Of a stretch of 64,000 nucleotides of DNA, positions 49,441 to 59,645 are shown one piece after another. Position 1 is the stretch's first letter, and every line of letters starts with the position of its first letter. The stretch covers positions 363,928-427,927 of the forward strand of contig CAVRYO010000007.1 in the NCBI GenBank assembly GCA_963725485.1, given 5' to 3'. A model generated the notes under the pieces. The model was not told the DNA's origin. It saw only the letters and a program-made list of their open reading frames with translations, and made no database searches. The DNA comes from Pirellulales bacterium. GTDB taxonomy: Bacteria; Planctomycetota; Planctomycetia; Pirellulales; DATAWG01. The position numbers were made by a program, and so were the translations under genes.

Positions 49441-50487
49441 AGCAGTCTTGGCAACGCGAACTCAAAGAGGCGGTGCGCGATCCGCGGCAGCTTTGCGAGC
49501 TTTTAGATTTGCCGGCCGAGTTGGTTCCGGCCGCGATTCGTGCTGCCGAACAGTTTCCATTGTTCGTGCCTCGGCCGTATTTGAACCGCATGGAGCGCGG
49601 CAACCCGCGCGACCCCCTGCTGCGCCAAGTCCTGCCGTTGGCCGACGAACTGTTCTCGCCGCCGGAGTTCACGCGCGATCCGGTCGGCGATCTGGCGGCC
49701 CAGCAAACGCCGGGCATGCTGCAGAAATATCGGGGCCGGGTATTGCTCGTCACCACCGGGGCCTGCGCGGTCCATTGCCGCTACTGCTTCCGCCGCCATT
49801 TTCCCTACAGTTCCGCTGCGCAGAATACGGTGGGTGCCACTGGCAAGCGAAGTCTGCCAGTGGAAGGCTTGGGGGCGGATTCCACCTCGCTCGCCCCCTG
49901 GCAAGCGGCCGTTGACGCGATCGCGGCCGACGACTCGCTGCACGAAGTGATCCTCAGCGGCGGCGATCCGCTGGTGCTAGTCGACTCGGTGTTGGCCGAT
50001 CTCGCCGAGCGACTGGCGGCCATCCCGCATCTCCGACGATTGCGAATCCACACCCGATTGCCATTGATGATCCCGCAGCGCGTTAATGCCCCGCTGCTCG
50101 GCTGGCTGCGCGGCACACGACTTGCGCCGGTGATGGTCATCCATGCGAATCATCCGGCCGAGTTGCAAGGCTCGGCCGCGGCTGCCGTCGAGCGGCTGGT
50201 CGACGCCGGCGTGCCGGTGTTGAATCAGTCGGTGCTGCTGGCCGGCGTGAACGACGACATCGAGACGTTGGCGGCACTGTCCGAACGGTTGGTCGATTTG
50301 CGCGATGCCCTATTACCTGCACCAACTGGATCGGGTGGTCGGGGCGGCCCATTTCGAAGTGCCGGTCGCCCACGGGCTGGAGCTGATCGCCGAGCTGCGC
50401 CGCCGGCTCCCCGGCTATGCCGTGCCCCGCTACGTGCAAGAAGTGACAGGGCATCCGTACAAGGTTACATTGGAGAAACTCGACTGA
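49440..50487 (+). pseudogene. epmB: EF-P beta-lysylation enzyme EpmB (lysine 2,3-aminomutase-like radical SAM), apparent frameshift near 50300; start codon unclear
   Basis: SWQRELKEAVRDPRQLCELLDLP...FPLFVPRPYLNRMERGNPRDPLLRQVLP...PGMLQKYRGRVLLVTTGACAVHCRYCFRRHF (CxxxCxxC radical-SAM motif); the C-terminus MPYYLHQLDRVVGAAHFEVP lies in another frame (ORF 50305..50487). It is near-colinear with E. coli EpmB/YjeK. Confidence 0.8.
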
Positions 50488-50494
50488 CGGGGCT

Positions 50495-50595
50495 CGGGCC
50501 CCCGGTGCCACTGGCTCTGCCAGTGTTCCTCGTTGCTGACCGATCAAGGCAAGAATTCCAAAGAGCACTGGCAGAGCCAGTGGCACACGAAGATC
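50495..50595. mobile_element. Partial MITE-like copy (internal palindromic core only, no TIRs)
   Basis: gccactggctctgccagtg...ttgccttgat...cactggcagagccagtggcac matches the cores of the 20795 and 61865 elements. Confidence 0.5.
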
Positions 50596-50678
50596 GAACA
50601 AGGATGGTTGTCAACTTCCGCGTTGTTCGAGGCTAGTTCCCATCAGCGATTTCGCGTTCTCACTCGATTCAACGGCTT

Positions 50679-52033
50679 ATGCATTCTCCGACAAAGTTTC
50701 ATCGCTCCAAAGAAAGTCTCAGCCTCAGCACGTTCCTGGCGATCGCGCTTGCGGGCATCGTCATCTTCGCGGCACCGGCCTCGGCCGAAGATTGGCCGCA
50801 ATGGCGTGGGCCGGAGGGAACCGGCGTTAGCCACGAGACCAATTTGCCGCTGAACTGGAATGACCAACGCGGCATTATCTGGAAGTCCAACATTCCCGAG
50901 TGGGGCGACAGCACGCCGGCGATTTTCGGCAACTCGATCTTTCTCACCGCGCAGCACGACGACAATCTGCTCGTCCTCAAGCTCGACAAATCGACCGGCC
51001 ATATTCTTTGGACCAAAACAGTCGGTGCCGGCAGCGTGGAGCGGCGCCGATCAAAGCCAAGTCGGCCGAAGAGCGCCGCTCGCAGAAGTTCCACAATCTG
51101 CAAAATCTCGCTTCGCCGTCTCCCGTGACCGACGGCAAAGTCGTCGTGGTTCACTTCGGCAATGGTGATTTGGCAGCGTACGATTTCGACGGCAAGCAGC
51201 TTTGGCATCGCAATCTGCAGGCCGATTACGGCAACTACACGGTCTGGTGGGGCCACGCTAATAGCCCGGTGATTTACGGCAAAAGCGTGATTTCGGTTTG
51301 CATGCAAGACTCGCTGGCCGACATTGCCAAGCCGCCGGTCGAAAGCTATGTCGTGGCCCATAGCCTGACGACCGGCCGCGAACTTTGGAAAACACCGCGC
51401 ATGACTGCCGCCAAGGCCGAAGAGTGCGATGCCTACACCACGCCCGTCTTCAATCAGGTGGACGGCAAAACGCAGATGATCGTCATGGGCGGCAACCAGG
51501 TCGACGGCTACGATCCCGACACCGGCAAACAGTTGTGGTTCTTGCCGCACATCGTGGGCGGGCGGACTGTGACCGGCCCGATCGTCGCGGGCGGGTTTGC
51601 ATTCGTCACGCAAGGAAAGGGTGGACCACTGTTAGCCGTGAAATTGGGAGGCAAAGGCGAACTGCCGCGGCGCGACATTGCCTGGCGATACGATCAGGGG
51701 ACGCCCGACAGTTGTTCGCCGGTTGCGTGGGAAAATCGCCTGTACGTGATCTCCGACGGCGGCATCGCCCGCTGTTTCGATTTGCACTCGGGCCGCAGCA
51801 TTTGGACGGAGCGGCTGAAGGGAGATTACAAAGCCTCGCCGGTGGCCGCCGAGGGGAAGATCTATTTTCTGAATGTTCACGGCCAGTGCACTGTCGTGGC
51901 CGCCAGCGACCATTTCGAAAAGCTCGCCGAGAATCAACTCGACGACGAAACGGTCGCCTCGCCGGCCATCTCCGACGGCCACATTTTCATCCGTGGCCGC
52001 AAAGCCTTGTATTGCCTCGGCCGCGATTTTTAG
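50679..52033 (+). pseudogene. PQQ-like beta-propeller repeat protein (BamB/YxaL-like), signal peptide; apparent frameshift near 51040
   Basis: Signal peptide (LSTFLAIALAGIVIFAAPASA), DWPQWRGPEGTG; repeated ...G.(L/V)(W/Y).......(A/S)P motifs (LAAYDFDGKQLWHRNL, VVAHSLTTGRELWKT, VDGYDPDTGKQLWF, ARCFDLHSGRSIWT, HIFIRGRKALYCL). Confidence 0.7.
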
Positions 52034-52253
52034 AGTGCGATGTTCTAGGCCACGTGCATGCGACGTCTGCCCGTGCATGAGAAGGCCGATCAACTTTGAA
52101 CAGAAGCCTGACGCGCAAGCGAAGGACAGTGGCGAAACGATCATCTAGGAAAGAAGACGAGGAAAAGCGGGTGAATGGTCGCCATCGTGGTAGTGCCGCA
52201 CTGGCAGACTGAGCTTGCCAGTGCCACACAGCGAGAGCCGTTAGGGAAAAATC

Positions 52254-53048
52254 ATGCGGCTCGCTTGGATCACCGACATTCATCTGAATTTTCTCAAGCC
52301 GGAGGAAACTGCCCAGCTCTACGCACAGCTTCGCGACTCGTACGCCGATGCCGTCTTGCTCACCGGCGACGTGGCGGAGGCCCGGACCGTCGTCGCCGCC
52401 TTGACCGATTTGGACGCAGCGCTCGCGCGGCCCATCTATTTTGTTCTCGGCAATCACGATTTTTACCACGGCTCGATCCGTCGCGTGCGCCAGGCGGTCC
52501 GCGATCTTTGCCGCGAGCGCCCCAATTTGCATTATTTGACCGGCGCCGATGCGATCGAGCTGACGCCCGACGTTGCCCTTGTCGGCCATGACGGTTGGGC
52601 CGATGCCCGGCTGGGCGATTACGAGCGCTCGATGGTGATGATGAACGACTATCGCCTGATTCACGAGTTGGCCCACCTGAGCAAGCAAGACCGGTGGCCG
52701 GTGCTAAAGAATCTGGGGGACGAAGCGGCAGCGGAGTTGGCTCGAGTGTTGCCGGCGGCGCTCGCGCACCATCGCGAAATCTACGTGGCCACGCACGTTC
52801 CGCCGCTGTTGGAAGCCTGTTGGCACGAGGGTCGACTGTCCGACGACGAATGGGCCCCCCATTTCACCTGCAAAGCCGTCGGCGATCTGCTGCTCGCGAC
52901 CATGCCGGCCCACCCCGACCGCCAGATGACCGTCTTCTGCGGCCACACGCACAGCCCTGGCGTGGCAAAACCGTTGCCGAATCTCGAAATCTTCACCGGC
53001 GGAGCGCAATACGGCGTCCCGCAAATCCAACGAGTTTGGGATGTATGA
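52254..53048 (+). CDS. Metallophosphoesterase (calcineurin-like phosphoesterase)
   Basis: AWITDIHLN (motif I DxH), LLTGDVAE (GD), FVLGNHDF (GNHD/E), CGHTHSPG (GHxH). Confidence 0.8.
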   Translation: MRLAWITDIHLNFLKPEETAQLYAQLRDSYADAVLLTGDVAEARTVVAALTDLDAALARPIYFVLGNHDFYHGSIRRVRQAVRDLCRERPNLHYLTGADAIELTPDVALVGHDGWADARLGDYERSMVMMNDYRLIHELAHLSKQDRWPVLKNLGDEAAAELARVLPAALAHHREIYVATHVPPLLEACWHEGRLSDDEWAPHFTCKAVGDLLLATMPAHPDRQMTVFCGHTHSPGVAKPLPNLEIFTGGAQYGVPQIQRVWDV

Positions 53049-53140
53049 GGCGCCGCTTGAAATTTGCGGTCGCCAAATGGCCGCCGCTCTTGTAAAAAAA
53101 CGCATCGTTATACCGCCGCCTTTTCATTGGGATCAACAGC

Positions 53141-54001
53141 ATGCAATTACCGCGATATAGGACGGGTTCGGGCACGGCGAACGTCGCAATTGTCGAAGCG
53201 CATGCGCTCGTGCCATTGATCGGGCCCGGCGGGGCGGCGGTGACGCTGACGGAAATTCTTGAAGCCGATGCGCCGGAAGCTCGGGCCAATGCCCTGCGCG
53301 ATCCGCAGGCTCGGCCGATTCCCGTGGCCAGCGCGGCGTTGTTGGCACCGCTGGAGCAGCAGGAAGTCTGGGCCGCGGGGGTCACTTACAAGCGGAGCAG
53401 GACGGCCCGGATGGAAGAATCGGAATCGGCCGCTACGCTCTACGATCGAGTTTACGATTCGGCTCGGCCGGAACTGTTTTTCAAAGCGACGCCGCATCGC
53501 GTGTCCGGGCCCGGCGAGGCGCTGCGGATCCGGCACGACTCGCTGTGGAACGTGCCCGAGCCGGAGTTGGCCTTGGTGCTGAATTCGCAGTTGCAATTGG
53601 TCGGCTGCACGGTGGGCAACGACATGAGCAGCCGCGACATCGAAGGAGAGAATCCGCTTTATCTGCCACAAGCGAAGACCTACGACGCCTGCTGCGGGCT
53701 AGGGCCCTGGATCACGCTGGCCAGCGCGATGCCGCGCCTGGAAGAGACCGGCATTCGCATGGCGGTCGTCCGTCGCGGTACGGATGCGTTCGCGGGCAAG
53801 ACCAGCGTCTCGCAAATGGCGCGGTCGTTCGATGAGCTGATCGGCTGGCTGAAACGCGACAACTCATTTCCCAACGGCGTGATCCTGCTGACCGGCACCG
53901 GCGTCGTGCCCGACAGCGATTTCACGCTGGAACGCGACGACGTGGTCGAGATCACGATCGACGGCATCGGCACGCTCAGCAACCCGATCGTGCAGGCCTG
54001 A
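53141..54001 (+). CDS. Fumarylacetoacetate hydrolase (FAH) family protein
   Basis: 286 aa; ELFFKATPHRVSGPGEALRIRHDSLWNVPEPELALVL...VGCTVGNDMSSRD...PQAKTYDACCGLGPWI matches the FAH fold motifs. Confidence 0.75.
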   Translation: MQLPRYRTGSGTANVAIVEAHALVPLIGPGGAAVTLTEILEADAPEARANALRDPQARPIPVASAALLAPLEQQEVWAAGVTYKRSRTARMEESESAATLYDRVYDSARPELFFKATPHRVSGPGEALRIRHDSLWNVPEPELALVLNSQLQLVGCTVGNDMSSRDIEGENPLYLPQAKTYDACCGLGPWITLASAMPRLEETGIRMAVVRRGTDAFAGKTSVSQMARSFDELIGWLKRDNSFPNGVILLTGTGVVPDSDFTLERDDVVEITIDGIGTLSNPIVQA

Positions 54002-54088
54002 GAGCTTGTGAAAGAATGGGGACTGGCTCCGAGCAAACCACGAAACAGCAAACACCAGCCGGGCCGCGTGGTGCCTGTCCCCATTCTT
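53998..54088. repeat. Family-2 hairpin repeat copy (inverted orientation)
   Basis: tgaaagaatggggactggctc ... gtgcctgtccccattctttca. Confidence 0.5.
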
Positions 54089-54143
54089 TCACATCCACGG
54101 AACGCCGGACGCGCCGATCCATTCCGCCATCCGGGGCGCTGAT

Positions 54144-54740
54144 CTAGCGTTCCGCCACTTGCGGATGCACATAGGGGTTGATGATTACCAGCACTTTGTC
54201 GCTGCTAAATTCATTTGCGGACGGCGCCGGTTCTTGCACGTCGGCAGTCCGAGCGCCGGTCGGTTTGGCCGATTTGGTTGGCGGCGTGGTCAGCGGCTCG
54301 GCGTGCGGCGCTGCCTTTGGCACGTACGGATTGATGATGTCCTGCGGGCCGCTGTTTTCCACCGGCGGAGTCATGACGCCCGGCGGATAAGCGAACGGGC
54401 TATAGCCGTAGGTCCGGGCCACCGGAACGCTGTAATACACTGGCGGATGCAACGCGAAATACGGGATATGGTCGTTGTAGCCATCATTGCCGCAAGCACC
54501 ATAGCCGTAGCCGCAATAGCCGTCGTCGAAACCGTAGAGGGCGCCGAAGCCGCCATTGTCAAACCGGCGGTCGAAATGATCATGGCCCAAGAAATGATTT
54601 TGGCTAAAGAAGTGATCGTGGCCGCCGTTGTGCCCGTTGCCGTGGCCGAAGCCCTGGCCTGCCTGAGCAACCATTCCGACGGCTAGACCCAATCCGATGA
54701 CCAAGAAACCGCGGAGTGCAAAGCGTACAATCGTGTTCAT
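54144..54740 (-). CDS. Secreted Gly/His/Tyr-rich hypothetical protein
   Basis: Signal peptide MNTIVRFALRGFLVIGLGLAVGMVAQA, then GQGFGHGNGHNGGHDHFFSQNHFLGHDHFDRRFDNGGFGALYGFDDGYCGYGYGACGNDGYNDH (spaced His, Cys pair). Confidence 0.5.
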   Translation of the reverse strand: MNTIVRFALRGFLVIGLGLAVGMVAQAGQGFGHGNGHNGGHDHFFSQNHFLGHDHFDRRFDNGGFGALYGFDDGYCGYGYGACGNDGYNDHIPYFALHPPVYYSVPVARTYGYSPFAYPPGVMTPPVENSGPQDIINPYVPKAAPHAEPLTTPPTKSAKPTGARTADVQEPAPSANEFSSDKVLVIINPYVHPQVAER

Positions 54741-54876
54741 GGTGTGTACCTCATAGCGAGCAGTTCGACATTGACGTTCGTTAAAGCGGATGCTTCTACA
54801 CTAAACAGCCGCCCGCGGCCGGTCAAATTTCGACCGCTCGCTGCCTGACGCAACGACTTTTAACGTTCGGATTCGC

Positions 54877-55998
54877 ATGTCCGCAGCCGTCGATCGAGAG
54901 ACCCTGACGTCCGAGTTGAAGCAGGAGGCTCGGCGGCTTGGCTTCGAGTTGGCCGGGGCTTGCCCGGCGGCGACGCCGGTTGGATTTGAGCGATTTCAGC
55001 AATGGCTGGCCGCGGGATACGCCGGCGAAATGCACTATTTGCCCGATCGGGCCGAGGCTTATCGCCATCCCGATTCGATTCTGGAAGGAGCGCGAAGTCT
55101 GGTCATGCTGGCGATGCCTTATCGCACCGCCGAGCCGACTGAGCCCAGACCGGGCGAAGGCCGCGTGTCGCGCTACGCTTGGGGGGCCGACTATCACGAT
55201 CTTATCCGCGACCGGCTCGCGGCACTGGCCGATTGGCTGCGCGCAGTCGCCCGAGGCCCGGGTGCGCGGGGTGGTCGACACCGCGCCATTGTTGGAGCGG
55301 GACTTCGCCATGCTGGCCGGCCTCGGCTGGATCGGCAAGAACACGCTGCTATTGAATTCCCGGCTGGGCAGCTGGTTCTTTCTGGCCGCGCTGGCCACCG
55401 ACTTGGAGCTCGATTACGACCCGCCCCAGGCGACCGATCATTGCGGCACTTGCCGAGCTTGTCTCGATGCTTGCCCAACGGATGCGTTCACGGCGCCCTA
55501 TGTGCTCGATGCCCGGCGGTGCATCAGCTATTTGACGATCGAATTGCGCGAGCCAATTCCGCCCGACTTGCGCAGCGGCATGGGCGATTGGCTGTATGGT
55601 TGCGACGTGTGCCAGGACGTTTGCCCGTGGAACAACAAAGCGCCGCGGACCGAGGAGCCCGCGTTTGCGCCCGATGCGGCCCGCAACCCCGCGCAGCTTG
55701 CCGAGCTTTTCGAGTTAAGCGACGAGGAATTTCGCAGGCGGTTCCGCGACACGCCCTTGTGCGCGCGAAGCGCCGCGGACTATTGCGCAATGCGGCGATC
55801 GTGTTGGGCAACCGCCCGCATCCGCCGGCTATCGCTGCGCTCATTCGTGGGCTGAACGACGCCGAGTCGTTGGTGCGCGGAGCATCTGCCTGGGCACTGC
55901 GTCAATACCAAGATCCGTCCGCGGTCGCCGCGCTAACCAATCGAGCAGCGATCGAGACCGACGACCGAGTACGAGCCGAATTCCAGGAGAGATCGTAG
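54877..55998 (+). pseudogene. queG: Epoxyqueuosine reductase QueG (4Fe-4S, C-terminal HEAT-like), two apparent frameshifts (~55250, ~55770)
   Basis: N-terminal and C-terminal thirds lie in one frame (…[34 protein letters not shown]… / …[41 protein letters not shown]). The middle third is in another frame ([33 protein letters not shown]...[17 protein letters not shown]...[39 protein letters not shown]). Confidence 0.8.
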
Positions 55999-56036
55999 CC
56001 ACGCTTCGAATTCCCGCCGCGCGGGCGTCGTTAACC

Positions 56037-56348
56037 ATGTTTGGGTTGATTCATGCATCGAAACACCTGCAATATGTTGCAATGCTAAACAAATTCGAAT
56101 TCTCATTGCGAAGGGTGTTTGGCGCGGTCGCCCTGTTCGGCTTTGGCCTATCCCTATTCGCCTGGTTGTATGGACGTCATTCGCCAGGCGCTGTGTTCTG
56201 GCCTTTGCTTTTTGCGTCAGGAGCGGCGCTCGGCGGCGCAGCCGGGCTCATTTTGAGAAGACCTTTTCGTTATGCAATCGGCGGAGGAGTGTTGATGGTG
56301 CTAGCGGTGTTCGCATATCTCGTTTGGTGGGCATCGCACTTTCTTTGA
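56037..56348 (+). CDS. Small hypothetical membrane protein (2-3 TM)
   Basis: Hydrophobic segments AVALFGFGLSLFAWLY, VFWPLLFASGAALGGAAGLIL, GGVLMVLAVFAYLVWW. Confidence 0.3.
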   Translation: MFGLIHASKHLQYVAMLNKFEFSLRRVFGAVALFGFGLSLFAWLYGRHSPGAVFWPLLFASGAALGGAAGLILRRPFRYAIGGGVLMVLAVFAYLVWWASHFL

Positions 56349-56446
56349 AATCCGGCAGACTGGTCTCTACAGCGGTATGGTGGGCACTGACCAACATTTG
56401 CGCGTGGAACGCCGCGCTATCGGCGGGCGGTGCCCACCCTACGCCG

Positions 56447-59366
56447 TCACGTTCCTTCGGGCGCATCGGGCTCGGCGGGGCCTGCGGTGGCGGCGGATTC
56501 GGTTGTCTCCGGCTCCTCGGGCGGCACGCGCACGACGGCGGCCAAGGTGTCGTCGCCGTCGAGACTCATGATCCGCACACCTTGCGTGTTGCGGCCGATC
56601 GTGCTGATTTCTCGCGCGGCGATGCGCTGGATCTTCCCGCGGGCGGTCATCATCAACAATTCGTCGCTGTCATCCACCGCCACGACGCCGATCACTTGGC
56701 CGTTGCGCTGTGTGGTCTTGATGTCGCGCAAGCCCTTGCCGCCGCGGCGCTGGGTGCGGTAGCGCTGTTGCGACGAAGCATCGTCCGGCACATCATCCGG
56801 CGATTCGTCTTCTTCCGCGGCGTCGGCGGCTTCGGGGAGATGCTCGTTTTCCGGCGATTCTTCCGATTCGGCTGCCCGGGTGGCTGCCGCTTCCGAATCT
56901 GCTGGCCCCGCTTCCGTCGAGCTGCTGTTCGCTCCGAATAGCGTGCGCTTGCCGTAGCCCCGCGCAGGCCGTCAGCAGCGTGGTGTTGGGATCGGCCACG
57001 ACCATGCCTACCAGGCGATCGTCGCCCGAGATCGAAATACCTTTCACGCCGCTTGTGTTGCGGCCCATCGGGCGGGCATCGGCCTGGTTGAATCGAATCG
57101 CCATCCCATGGGCCGTGGCCAGCACGACCTCATCGCCGGGGCGCGTCACCACCACGTCGATCAATTCATCATCTTCCTTGAGCTTGATCGCGATCATGCC
57201 GCCTTTGAGCGGCCGGCCGTAAGCTTCCAGCGGCGTTTTCTTCACGAGACCCTTGCGGGTGGCCATCATCAGGAACGAGCCGGGCAGAAAATCGCGCACT
57301 GGCCGGCAATCGGCCACACGCTCGTTCGGCGCGAAGTTCAGCAGGTTCACCACCGCCCGGCCCCGGCTTTCCCGGCTGAGCTGCGGCAGATCGTAAACTT
57401 TCTGCCAGTAGACTTTGCCCCGGTTCGTGAAGAACAGCAGATAGTCGTGCGTGCTGGCGGCGAACAGATGGGCGATCGGATCTTCGTCTTCGGTCTTCGC
57501 GCCGGTGAGGCCCTTGCCGCCGCGGCGCTGGGCCCGATAGGTGCTGGCCGCGGTCCGCTTGATGTAGCCATTGTGGCTGATCGTGACGACCATCGTCTCT
57601 TCGGGAATCAGGTCTTCGAGATCGACCGTGCCCAGCTCCTGCCCACTGATCTCGGTGCGGCGCACGTCGGCATGCTTCTTTTTCAGCTCGATAAGTTCCG
57701 CGCGGATCAGGTCGCGAATATTCTTTTCATCGGACAAGAGCCGCAGATATTCGGAAATCTCGTCGAGCAATTCGCGATGTTCGTCGGCGAGCTTTTCTTG
57801 CTCCAGATTCACCAACTGGCCGAGCGTCATCCGCAAGATGGCGTCGGCTTGGACGACCGTGAGCGTGTAGTCCTCGGCCTCGACCCGATCGGCTTTGAAC
57901 GCGGCATAACCGGCTTCGCCCAAGGCCCGGGCAATGAGCGGCGCCGGGCAGCGGATTTGCATCAATCGCTGTTTGGCCTCGGCGGTTGTCGCGGAGTCGC
58001 GGATCACGCGAATCACTTCGTCGATGTTGGCGTGCGCCAGCAGCAAACCTTCGACCGTGTGCTTTCGCTGCCGAGCCCGATTCAGGAGGAATTGCGTCCG
58101 CCGGCGGATCACCGTCACGCGGTGCCGAATGAATTCCAGCAGCATTTCCTTGATCGACAGCGTCCGCGGCTTGCCGTCGACCAGCGCCAGGAAAATGAGC
58201 GAGAATGAATCCTGCAGCGGCGAGAACTGATAGAGCTGATTCAGCACGATCTCGGGATCGGCGTCGCGCTTCAGTTCCAGAATCAATCTCACCGGCTCTT
58301 TCAGATCGCTCTCGTTGCGAATGTTCGCGATGCCTTTGATTCGGCCGTCGTTGACCAGCTCCGCGATGCGCTCTTCGATCCGGTCGCGCGCTTGCTGGAA
58401 CGGAATTTCGTTGACGACGATTCGGAACCGGTTCTTGCCATGCTCTTCGATCCGCGTGCGGGCGCGGACCGTAATCGTGCTGCGGCCGGTCATGTAGCCG
58501 CGGCGAATTCCGGCCCGGCCCATCACAATGCCGCCGGTGGGAAAGTCGGGCCCGGGAATGATCTCCAACAATTCGTCGATCGAGACATCCGGTTCGTCAA
58601 TGATGCGCACGAGCCCATCGCAAACTTCGCCCAGATTGTGCGGCGGAATCGACGTGGCCATGCCGACGGCGATGCCGTTGGCGCCGTTAACGAGCAGATT
58701 CGGGAACCGCGAGGGCACGACGGTGGGTTCGGTCCGCTTCTCGTCGTAGGTCGGGATAAAGTCGACTGTGTCGAGGTCCAGATCCTCGAGCATCATGGCC
58801 GAGAGCGCCGACATCCGGGCTTCGGTGTATCGCATCGCGGCGGCGGGCAGCCCGGCGATGGAGCCGAAGTTCCCCTGCTTGTCGATCAGCACGTGCCGCA
58901 TGTTCCACTCTTGGGCCATGCGCACGAGCGTCGGATAGATGACCGCCTCGCCGTGCGGATGGTAGTTGCCGCTGGTGTCGCCGGAGATCTTGGCGCACTT
59001 GACGCGCGACGCCCCCGGCGTAAGCCGCAGGTCGTGCATGGCGACGAGGATCCGCCGCTGCGAAGGCTTCAGTCCGTCGCGCACGTCGGGCAGTGCGCGG
59101 CTGACGATGACGCTCATCGCGTAGGTCAGGTAGCTGTCGGTCAGCTCCTGCTCAATCGACATCGGCAGGATGCGGCCGCTGGCGATCAGGGCCGGGTCGA
59201 TCGGAGCGCCAGTCGGCGCATCGCCATTGGCAGGCAAGTCATCGTCGTGATCGCCGCTGCCTGAGTCCGCGGGGGCTGAGTCGGCGGAGCCGGACGCGCC
59301 CTCGGGAACGTCGCCTTCCGGGTCATCGGGATCTTGCGGTTCATTCGAGTCGGTAGACAAAAACAA
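56447..59366 (-). pseudogene. gyrA: DNA gyrase subunit A, apparent frameshift near 56950 in the C-terminal domain
   Basis: [33 protein letters not shown], active-site region [18 protein letters not shown], GyrA-box-like region; the last beta-pinwheel blade plus the acidic tail [11 protein letters not shown]... is in a different frame (ORF 56447..56791). It has a 60-aa acidic N-terminal extension. Confidence 0.85.
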
Positions 59367-59645
59367 GTCCTTTGTTTTGGATTCTTATTGACAGCCGTTC
59401 GCTGCAATTCGAGTGCTTGAATTCGGTGTTTTGGCAGGGCTCATTCGGAGCCCAAAATATACCCATTTTTGCCCTCGCCCACAACCGCCCGATGACCATT
59501 CATGTCGGTTTGCAAGTTCTTGTCAGATTTCGAGTTGCAAACGGTCCAGAATCGTCTATTTCGAGCCGGATTTGGAGCACCGACAAGACCCTACGCCGAC
59601 GTCGGTTTTGGGCCGATCGAGAGGACGCCTGGCGAGCCCGACGAC

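Noticed and set aside
48747-50636. 629-aa ORF that would encode a large repetitive protein (…RRERAGVRVMTHRMMVRRSALPPL… x4) fused to EpmB
   Set aside because: The N-terminal ~230 codons are simply the translation of the 125-bp tandem DNA repeat array. EpmB homology starts only at ~49440. The repeat motif also occurs in non-coding contexts elsewhere (600-660, 37830-37870).
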